From Lepidodermella squamata (Eukaryota > Animalia > Gastrotricha), in assembly GCA_047495785.1 (NCBI GenBank), contig JBLDXI010000042.1, positions 4,030,001 to 4,094,000 on the forward strand: 64,000 bases of DNA, written 5' to 3'. Below the pieces are notes generated by a model that did not search any database, was not told the origin of the DNA, and was given only the letters and a program-made list of their open reading frames with translations. Below, piece after piece: positions 12,275-22,609 of this stretch. A program made the position numbers and the translations under genes. Numbering within the stretch: the first letter of the stretch is position 1; the number at the start of each line of letters is the position of its first letter.

Positions 12275-15200
12275 TCAGAAAAAGTCGATGCGATCTGTCA
12301 ACGTTTTGCCAATATCAAAGGAGACCAACTGCGGCGGCGCGCCTTCTTGCGTTTGAATTTTAATATGCACATAGGAATTGTAATTGATTTGCACCTTAAC
12401 GAATCGAATGATACCCGGGCTGCCCTGGTGAATTCGCTCGTTAATCGGGACGAACATGGGCGGTTTGAAGACACTCTGGCGTAGAAATTCCGGCTTCACG
12501 GCTTCGACTATTTCGTTGAGACTCGACGTGGCTGTTATTGTGGATGAAAGGCCCGTTGATTGGCCCGTGTTGCTGTTCAGCGCCGCCTTAGCTGTTGCCT
12601 CATTCACGCTGATTTGCGACGGCTGGCCAGGCTGGCTGGGTCTCGACGTGCTAGGCCGATTGTTATTGGCCTGGGCTCGGTCGGCTAGCCGGCTCAAGTC
12701 CTTGTCGTCGCGAATTGGCAAATAGTAGTTGTTGTTGATTTGGTTCAAATCTGGACCGGTATCCGAGCCGCCAATGGCGAAAAGTGGGTCATCGAGTGAG
12801 TGGCCGAGTTCGTAAGCTTCGAGTACAGACCGGTCCGTTGTGTAAGGAATGGGCTTGAAAATTCTTAGATGGACTGTTTGCTCAAGCCCGGTTTGCACCT
12901 ATAATGGAAAAAATGCAAATAAAAAATGGAAAATAATTCTCTAAAAATATAGCGCCGCATAAGTTTCAATTTGCACTTGCAAATTATTGATATCCCGAAG
13001 TTGCACCAAAAATGGCATTTTCCGTTCAATATCCGCCATTTCAGCAAAAAAATGTTGTATTCACCGGAGGAATAGCGTAAAAACCAGATCGGTTATTATC
13101 GATATCCCCCGGTAATAACACATTTCTGCAGAATTAATTAGACGAATTCTATAGCTAATTACTATTCTGATGTCGTTTCAACTGTTTTTGGTCATAAATG
13201 GGACATGACCCCTCATTTTACATATTCATACCCTTTTACATACATTTACTTTTGTTCCGCTAGTTATGGGACATGGGACAATCGATTGGGTTTAAGCGAT
13301 TCCAGAATTAACAACTTTTCTCCTTGATTTTGTATTAGGTTTTTCATGCAGAAAATTCAAAAATAATTTCATTCTGACCAACTTGTTATTGAATTTAAAC
13401 TGGGCAAAATCAACAAAACATAAAATAGCAAAATTTAATAAATATTATGCAAATATATAGCATTCTAACATATTTACGAAATTATGGGGATGCAACATTA
13501 TGCATTTAAATTTTTGGTTAATTTTTAAATTTTAGTTCACAAAAATTCACCTGTAACATAACAAATTTAATTTGGAGTCAGTTTTTTGCTATTTTTTGTC
13601 AAGTAAAAGTCAACAATTTTTCGTGTGCAAATTCAATTGCTTATCACTTACACCCCCAACCACACGTGAAAAAATGACCGCGAGTGCTTGAGAGCATCAT
13701 AAACTGCAATCTTGTTGTTATTCACAGATTAACCTTGAGAAGCCATTAAAAAATGACGAGCACGTGTTACCAAATTAGAACTGACGAAAAAAACATGTTT
13801 ATAGACTCTGCGTTGTAAAGAAATAACAAATAAATTCAGCTCACCTTGACTAAATAAACTTCACCAGCCGTGAGTTTCAGCCGGTAAGTCAACGCGTCGA
13901 ACATGGCAGGATCGTTAACTTTCTTCGCAAATTGCGGCCGAATAGCCGAAACCAGTTTCTGCACATCTTGGCCGGCAGTGGACGGCAGTGAAAAATCGTC
14001 ATTGTACGTCGCCGTTTGCGACAGAGTTACAGATCGCCCAATTACCGGCGTCGTAGTCGTCCATGGGGCTTCTGTAGTTGTGGCCATCGTTCGGGCCCTT
14101 ACACCACCAGGGCGAGTTGGCTGTTCAGGAAACGGTTCGATATACGTCAAATCATCGCCCCACGTTTTATCGAGTTGATAACCCTGAAGAACGGCCTGGT
14201 TTCCAGTTTGCGAAGCTGGGACCAAAACTCTTAGATGAGCGAATAAATTCACGTCGATTAGCACCTCATTTAATAAAAAAGAATTAAAAATATTAATAAT
14301 TTAGGCCAAAAATCGAAAAAATATAATAAATTCTACAAGCATATTTTCGAAAAAATCTCACCTTAACAAAATAAATCGAGCCGTCATTTGCGTTGATGAA
14401 AGAAAATTGAAGGGCTTGGAAAACGACAGGTTTCGCGCCAGATCGCCGAATAAATTCGGGTTTAACAGTTTGAATCAGCATGTCTACCATAGGATCCGCA
14501 GGGGCTGGGGGAGGTATCGACCTGGCTGGAACAACTTCCGCCGGAACTTTATTGTACACGACCTGGGGCGGTAATTGGGCCGCTTCTGTCGTAGTAGTAG
14601 GTGGTTGGGTATCTGGAGGTGGCGTCTGGTAGACCGGTTGTTGCTGCTGCCGAAACGTCGGCGCCCCGCCGAAATACTCAATCGGGTCAAACAGGCTCTT
14701 ATTTTCCTGAATCTCGTTCAAAATCGGCAAACCGCCTGTTAGCGGGACGGTTACGCGTAAATGGTTCCAAACGTTGCGATTTACATAGGCTTTCATGAAA
14801 AACACGGTCCTATCTCGCTGCGATTGGGAGCGAAAGGTGACGAGTTGGAAAAACAACGGCTCACCACCGACCCTAGACACGTAGTCCTGCTTAACCAAAT
14901 TCAAAATCTGACGCGTTTCATCTGTCGCAGGATGCTCGTCTGATAACGTCGTATCAGGCTTGGGATCAAACCGAGTCTGTTGGTTCCAGTCGATAAACGG
15001 CACTTGCGTTGTAGTGGAAGTAGTTATCGGAATTGGATTTTGCCGAGTTGTAATAGGTATAGCAGGCCTTCTTCTAGTTGTTGTAGACCTAGTTATTTCG
15101 TAAAATTCCGGCGTAGTCGACTCCATAATTACAACAAAATTATTCTCGCCATTCAACATTGACGGGTCAATGAAGTTGTACTTGGATGTTGTAGTCACCC

Positions 15201-15687
15201 TGTTCGGCGTGGTTATCATCGAGTAAATGCGCCGTCTACCCGGCGGTTCTGTATAGGCATATGGTGATTGGGTAGTTTTAGCTAGCAGCTGATTATTCGC
15301 AATATTTCTCGCCCCATTCGACAGGAAATACGTTAGCGGATCTTCGGCCCGCATGCTAAGCTGATAGGCGACAAGCTGCGACGGCATCATGACCATTCGA
15401 GGCTGGAAAACTCGAAGGTGCACGTAGTCTGTCTGGCCTGTTTGAACCTTTGCGAAGTAATTCGTGCCATCTCGCGTCTCCTGGCTGGCATAAGCGACAA
15501 TTTTAAACTGCGCCGGGTACGTGTCGGTTTGCCGCGAAAATTGGGCCCGGATCGACGGCGCACTCAACCGGGTAACTACCGGGTCGTTCGCGGCCGGGTA
15601 GACCGGCAGCGACAACTCGGCGACTCGACTATCAGCTGCGGATATGCATAGCAGAAGAGCGGAGAAAAATCCGCCGATTTTGAACAT
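12275..15687 (-). CDS. Secreted five-domain stefin-like protein (~789 aa) with Thr/Pro-rich linkers
   Basis: Exons 15687-14362, 14264-13845, 12898-12275, all phase 0. Signal MFKIGGFFSALLLCISAADS. Five units matching the stefin pattern Y/F-x-x-K-V...H-L/I-R/K-V/I...D-x-L/I-x-Y/F. Confidence 0.85.
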
Positions 15688-16404
15688 TGAAAACGAGCGA
15701 AATTTACGTTGTCGTGTTAAGCGAGCGTTTAGAAGTTGTATGTCGAGCGCAGTACCCGAGCTGATGACCACCGCACACGCTCACTTTATCTCACGTCATC
15801 TTATAACAAACTGCATTATACGCCGGCGAGATGACCACCACAACTTGCTTCCATCACTGGCCGCCGCTAATGGCTGGCTCGTTCGCGCAGTAAGCGCTCG
15901 ATGACCAAGCAACGTGTTAAAAGCCAGCTTAACAATAGCTATTACCATTCGTAATCCGACCTCTCTCTTCAGTAGGTGACATCTCAGAGAAGTCACCTAA
16001 TTAAAAATCAATTTTCAGACTCAAATTGAATAATCAAGCCGTTTTTTTATTAAATTTTTTCCTGATTTTTTCGCAATTTTTCAGGCGGATATTAGAATAA
16101 AATAAAATCGGTGTATTTTTGTGCGTTTTTTTTAATCTTTTTCGATTGCGTTGAGATTAAACGTGCTTTTACAAACAAAACAAGCGCAATTAATTGTTTT
16201 ATCGCGCTTTGTCAAACATGCGTTATCGTGTTGTAGAATTTTCAAGATAAAACCGCTCGGTGACCACAATTATTGTTTCTGTAATATTATTAGGCAGTGT
16301 TATGCGGCACGAATGGGCACCGTACACCGGACTTTAACAAAATATCGCGTCGGTTTTCGACTAAAATAAGTGGCGCTCTACTATTTTTCGGGTAATTACA
16401 AAAA

Positions 16405-17682
16405 TTAAGCCAATACTACAACAAGACACACGCTGAATAGAATGCCAGTGAACGAAGAGACGAGAGCAGCGGCGGCTGATGGGTTTCTAGCTGCGACGTT
16501 AGGTGCGAAATACTCGATGCTATCGGCTAGACGCTTCTGTGCCATAATTCCGACAAGTTCCGCGTCGCCTTGGCCCGGCCGGGGAACATAAACTCTGATG
16601 TGAACGTATTCGTCGCCATTCGTTCGAACCTAAAAAAATTAAAGAACATTTCAAAAATGTACAATAATATTTGCTGACATTTAATTTCTTCAAATAGTTA
16701 TAAAATTCGGTCCCAAAAAATAGTTTTACATCCTTTAGCATCATAAGTTGCAAAATCCCGAAACGTAGGCGAAGTCTGGAAACGCCCACCTTCTCGTTTC
16801 TAACTGATAAAAAATGAATTAGTACCAAACGGAATTTGTTCAAGAATCTTCTACGATAAACGCTAAAAATATATCCACGCAAAGATTTGAAGAGATAAGA
16901 GGCTTGTGGCTAATAGGGGTCATAAAAGAAAGCCACACGAACAGATAAGCCTATTTAAGCGCGAGACAGCAATTTAACCCTAATTATAATAATTCGAAAA
17001 AAATGTTCACCTTAATGAAATAATTCATGCCGTTAACAACTTGTGACTTGAAAGAAACAGCTTCGAAATCCGGCGTGTCTCGGCCGTGAATTCGCACGAA
17101 GTGGGGCCTGATGCGAGCAGTTAGCGCTTTCACGTTATCGCTGGCGTGCTGTGGTTGGTCTTCGAGGCCGCCGACAGAATGAATTTTCGGTGCGTCGGAT
17201 ATTTCAGGTTCGACGATATCGAGCTGATCAATCATCGATAGGTGTAGCTTGTAGCCTTTCAATACAGGACTTTCGCCCGTGTGAGGCAAGGGCACGAAAA
17301 TTCTCAAATGCGCCACTTTTCCATCATTATCCAGCCTCACCTATTCAGCGAAAAATTCAGAAATGAATCAATTTCGACCATCAAGCTTACTTTTACAATG
17401 TAGTTCGTACCAGCAACGACCTAGGATAAGGATTTGTAGTAAAAATTTAGTAAACTGCTGGCAAATACTTGCCTGGCTTTTGTAAGTGAGGGCTTGGAAT
17501 TTCGGAATACTTTCCCAGCCAGTTTTCGCGAGAAAATCAGCTTTCACAGATTCGACAGCACTCTGAACGCCATCGCCCTCTTCAACAGGTTTTTCCTCGG
17601 TAAAACCACCCGGTCGCCAGGCCTGGCCGCCTGAAATGGCTAAACCGGCCCACAAGCCGAGGTAAAACAGTGGTTTGTACAT
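16405..17682 (-). CDS. Two-domain stefin with signal peptide and C-terminal hydrophobic (GPI-like) tail, 264 aa
   Basis: Exons 17682-17473, 17420-17391, 17340-17011, 16629-16405. Signal MYKPLFYLGLWAGLAISGGQA; loops Q|VVAG and QVVNG; ends RNPSAAAALVSSFTGILFSVCLVVVLA*. Confidence 0.88.
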
Positions 17683-18594
17683 CTGTTCGAGAATAAAAAC
17701 ACGGAAATGAGAGCGCACTAGTAAATTATGGCGTAAAAAATCATATTGCGAGAAAAAATCAGGCCATTAACCTGATGATGGGTTAAAAAAACAAGCCAAC
17801 TAAAAGCAATGACAGGCCAGTGAGGCGGAGTGCAGATGCAATCGAAAACATTATGAATGATGATTTGCTGCCAAGAGCAGCTACTGGATTCTATTTTCGA
17901 ATGCGATTATTAAGGTCATGAAAATAAGGCCGGGCGTGCAGGGGAATTTTTACTACCACTACCGCAGCATATATAGCGAACAGTATTAAATACCGTTTAT
18001 TATGGCAGTCCAGGTTGAAACACATAGCGCATATGTTATTGCGGGCGTATAGGTACCGAACATGATCGAAACGTGAAAAAAACAAGCGATCCGCGCCGCG
18101 GTAAAATTCTTCTGTTTATCTTGCGCATATGCGGGATTAAAGAGCTGTTCTAGAATATAACAACGGATGCGCACCTCAGCATAATATCCCATTGTTTTTT
18201 CCAATCATTACCTATCGAAGAATTTGTTTTTGTGGTGGAAACGGAGGTTATTAAAAATACCACCGCCCCGAACAAAAATATTACCAATAAAACAAGCTTT
18301 TTTCCCGAATGCAGACAAGTTATCTAAACATCACCGTAATGAATTAAAAAACGTAGTTAGTTTATTTTGTCGTTAATAGTATTGCATGTATTCCCCGAAT
18401 ATTTAGCACACTCATATAATATAATATGCAGCAGTTAATAAATGGAAGAAGTAGACGTTTCAGTGCTTTGCAAGCAGCGCAATCTCGAACGATGGACAAG
18501 TTTAAAACAATAGATCAAAAACTTTATAAAGCACGATTTCGACTCGAATAGTTATAAGACTATCTGGCTCGTTGGAAGAGAAAGCAACAATTAT

Positions 18595-19190
18595 TTAGCT
18601 GAACAAGACGAAGACGGTAACGAAAAACAAGGCGAAAATGCTTGGGTCGAATTTGAAGTCGGACGCGTCGCTAGTTGCCGTGTCGAGCTTGTTATCGCGA
18701 GGTACGGGTGAAACAGTTGATGAAATAGTCCTTGAAGTGGAATTAGAAGCCGAATCCATTGGCATCGAGTCATCAGCTGCGAAATAAGTTATTTCATCAC
18801 CTAGAAGCTTGCCAGTTTGGATTGCGTGAAGTTCCGCAGGCATATTGGTGTAGGGCAGAGGCTTGAAGACTCGCACATGGATATAGGAATTATTGCCAAC
18901 GCGAACCTAAAACACACGGCTGTATGAGCTCATTCAATCATGGAGTTCAGTGTGATTACCTTCGCGAAGTAGTTTGTTCCTGCAACCACCTGCGTCGCAT
19001 AACTGACAACATAGAACTCGCTTGGTTGACCATACTTGGCTGCATACGTCCTTTGAACTTCGGCTGAAGCAATGACTTGGACATCGGTGTCGTTTTGGCT
19101 AGTTGGAACGACAGGAGAGCCCATACCGCCCATCATTTGACCCATGGCCATGGGTAAAGCACAGAGAAACAGTAAAACAACGGACTGCAT
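18595..19190 (-). CDS. Single-domain stefin with signal peptide, Ser/Thr stalk and GPI-like tail, 180 aa
   Basis: Exons 19190-18960 and 18906-18595 (53-nt intron). Signal MQSVVLLFLCALPMAMG; QVVAG; HVRVFKPLPY; ends SDFKFDPSIFALFFVTVFVLFS*. Confidence 0.9.
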
Positions 19191-19296
19191 GTTATTAGAT
19201 TAAAATGATCTACATTACACAAATATTTGTTGATTATTGATGATGACTGAATAAATCGAAAAGTTGTCATTTTTCGCCAATAAATTATATGTAGCG

Positions 19297-20337
19297 TCAT
19301 TTGACGAGAGAGGTCTTCTTAAAGTTATTGTAAACATATCTAGCAAACACTGCGTCCTCAATCGCCAAACCTTGGGATTTGAAAACTGAATAGCTCGCCT
19401 TTCCTTCTGATGCCTTGGCCAAAGGCTTTGATCCGCTAATAATCTCTCCAATTTCACCATAAATTTCGCGCCCAGATGCAATGATATCTCCTGATTCGAC
19501 AGAAGCCGCAGCACGACTGTCGACATATAAAGCTGAAGCATCTTTCAAAACCGATGGTTCAGCTTCTTGCGCAGTTTTAGTTGGTGCACCAACAATGGCG
19601 ACTAGACCGCATTTATCAGTTACAGCTTTCCTAGTCAAAACAGGAGTTGAACTACTAGTGCAAGTTACTATCAGCTCCGCAGACTGGCAGGCGTCCTCGA
19701 TCGTATTGCATGGCAGTAATACTGTACCGTTCTTAGCACAATATTCTTTGTAGCGATCGCAAAATTCGGAACAGCGAGCTTTGTCCCTGCCCCAAACCAT
19801 TATCGAATTCGGTTTCAACAATGCGGAAAGAATTTGGACATGAGACGCCGCCTGAGTTCCGGTGCCGACAATGCCAATGGTTTTTGGCGATGCAGCCTGA
19901 ATATGCTTAGAAGCTAAATATGTTACAGCTGCCGTTCTAAATGCCGTCAAATCCTCTGCTTCCATAAAAGCCAAGGGTTGGCCACTGCTAGAGTCAAAAA
20001 TAGCCAGAATGGCGTTTAATACTGGTCCTGTTGAGCCTGCGCCATTAGTTTGTCGTGTCACAGATGAAACCAGTTTGCAAGCAAATACCTCCGACTTGTT
20101 ATAGTACACCGGCATAGACATGAAAAATGCACCAGGTCCAGGAAGCAAAGTGGTTCTTACTGGATTGAGAAGGACTGTATCAGGCTTCGGTTGGCCCTTA
20201 TCGATAAGAGAAAAATCTGCCAACGACTGTTCCAGGTTAGGAATCACATCAACAATATTCGCCAAGCTATTGCACACATCTAAATTTGACAACACAGCTG
20301 GAAGAGCACTTCCGTGCGGAGCACCGATGGGAATCAT
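19297..20337 (-). CDS. CRYM: Mu-crystallin / ornithine cyclodeaminase family (ketimine reductase-like), intronless
   Basis: LTAFRTAA, Rossmann IVGTGTQA, LIVTCTSS, ESGD, VFKSQGLAIED; first ATG at 20337. Confidence 0.9.
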   Translation of the reverse strand: MIPIGAPHGSALPAVLSNLDVCNSLANIVDVIPNLEQSLADFSLIDKGQPKPDTVLLNPVRTTLLPGPGAFFMSMPVYYNKSEVFACKLVSSVTRQTNGAGSTGPVLNAILAIFDSSSGQPLAFMEAEDLTAFRTAAVTYLASKHIQAASPKTIGIVGTGTQAASHVQILSALLKPNSIMVWGRDKARCSEFCDRYKEYCAKNGTVLLPCNTIEDACQSAELIVTCTSSSTPVLTRKAVTDKCGLVAIVGAPTKTAQEAEPSVLKDASALYVDSRAAASVESGDIIASGREIYGEIGEIISGSKPLAKASEGKASYSVFKSQGLAIEDAVFARYVYNNFKKTSLVK

Positions 20338-20889
20338 TCGAAGTAAGATCAATAACGCCTACTATATAAATGCACAATTTACCCTGCCAAAAAATTATAC
20401 ACCAAGTTAGACAAGCAGAATGAGTGATAGAACTGACTAACTATTCCCACTCTCATAATCGACTTGAATTAGGGATGAGATGAAACTAAATAATTATGGA
20501 GATCCATGCTCAGACCAACAAAAAACGGTTTAGAAAGTGTAAGTAAACGGTGAGTACAAAATCGCAGCGCAAGACGAAGCAGCACATATGACTGCGTGGG
20601 CACAAACGCAGTGTGATGCAGTGAATCAAATAATGCACATATCACGCGCATGCCATACAGCACTGCTAAACACACAAACATCACCTGAGTCACGCTTATC
20701 GGCGCCAAACAACTCGCGTCACATCACACGCAACAAAAACAGACGCGATGAAAAGTTAGCGCGCATATTCTTCAACGAAATTCTAGATTTGTTCTTCAAC
20801 ACAGTAAAATTGTACACAAATTGATTTACTGAGCATAAATTGATAATTTGATGCAAAATTAAACGTCAAGGAAAATTGAAATATTCAGT

Positions 20890-21663
20890 TAAAATGGAAA
20901 CAACACTAACCGCCGTCTCTTCAATCGAACTATTAGGATTCATCTTGGACCATAGGCTCACCATGGATGAACAAGCGGAAAAAGTGAAAAACAAAGTTCG
21001 ATCTGGCACCTACGCCCTCCGCATCGCTAGCCAGAATCGCCTACCTCTTCAAGCCAGAATAAATATCTACAATAGTCTCGTCGCTTGCCATCTTAATTAC
21101 GCTGACTTCGTTGCTAATCTAGCTACCTTCACTAGCTCGCAGAAAACCTACCAATCCGCACAGAATAAGGCAATTAGGGCTCTGCTTAACAAACCGTACT
21201 CGTTCGACGCCAACGCTCTCCTCAAACAGTTAGGTTGGCTACCAATCGACGGGAAACGCCTAATCCACGAAATGACTCTAGTTTGGAAATGTTTGCACTC
21301 TCAAGCACCTACTCTCATCAAAAACTTGATCAACAAACCATCGTCCGATCACAAAACCAGGCTTAGCAGCTCTGATGGCGTCGAAATCCCTCGACAAGCT
21401 CACCATCTCAGCTTTCGATTTCGTGCTGCTAGCAAGTGGAATGACTTACCGCCATCGATAAGATCTTCCGAAAACCCGAAGATCCTCAGAGACGAACTCC
21501 TGAAAGTACTGCTGAAAGCAGAATACGTGGACGATTTCGTCTACACAAAGAAGAGGTAACTCGCCACCTTACCTCGACGCGCCCATCTGCGTCCGTTGGA
21601 TGGAAGACCGCCTTAGTGCGAATCCAACGTACATACATACACATACATACATACATACATACA
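20890..21663 (+). mobile_element. 5'-truncated non-LTR retrotransposon (CR1/L2-like ORF2 C-terminus) with 3' hairpin and (ACAT)n tail
   Basis: ELLGFILDHRLTMDEQ..IYNSLV..QNKAIR..LGWL..KWNDLP. Hairpin cgttggat/atccaacg at 21594-21629; (ACAT)n at 21631-21663. Same protein family as the element at 48118-51630. Confidence 0.88.
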
Positions 21664-22609
21664 AAAATATGCATACATATGCTCTGCGTTTCAGGCGCGC
21701 TTTCTTCGATCTTTGAAAACCCGGTTTTCTTTGCGACTTGGCCGATGCCTTGAATCAGGGATTTGATTCTCAGAGAACTCCTCAGACCTCTCCCATCTCT
21801 GTTGTTGTGCCTGTTGGACAGCTACTTTGAGCTGGTGACTTAGCCAGATTGAATCCAAATCCATAGAGATTCGAGATTCCTGTTAACCAGAGAAAAAACG
21901 CAATGACCTGGTAAAGTCTGCGAGTTTGTAAGAAAGATTAAGTATCTTACTCCTCTCTTCTACTCATTACCTGAAAACAAATTATTTTTATCCCGCTCAA
22001 TGCCGAGCCATTATTGGCAAGTTTAAAATGTTTTTCTGCGATTCTTCACGAGTATGACCATACTTTGTATTTTTCGATTGAGTATGTTCTACCTTAGGGA
22101 GATCGGGAGATATTGGTGCGCCTTAAGTCTCCCATCTTAAGTTAGCGCAACCTCAATACTTGATATCTCATAAGTAGGTTGGGCTGTGCTTCATGGAAAT
22201 GAAACTTTGAGATAGGTATGCTCTGATGAAGTATACCTAAGTCATTCGGATAGCTTTCGAGTATATCTCCAGTTATTGAGCCTCGAAATAAACATGCACG
22301 ACCTGTGGAACCATCATTACCGAAGAGCCCACATGCGTCATTGTGCTCATCGTGCTAAATAGTAGCCGAGGAAAGATTCGAGAGTAAAAAATAGAACTAA
22401 TTAGTTATTGGTTGTATAACTCCAGCGAAACTATTATTATATTTCTTCAACGCTGCGCTGCCGAATTTCGCACCACAACGTAGTTGAACATGATGGCGCT
22501 TGCTTAATTACTGTTGGTAATGCGCAGCTCGTGGTCATTTGCCATTTGTCCCTTTAAGTTGTCTAGTGATGTTTGGACGTGTCGTATTTTGATAGATTAT
22601 TAATCCGAT

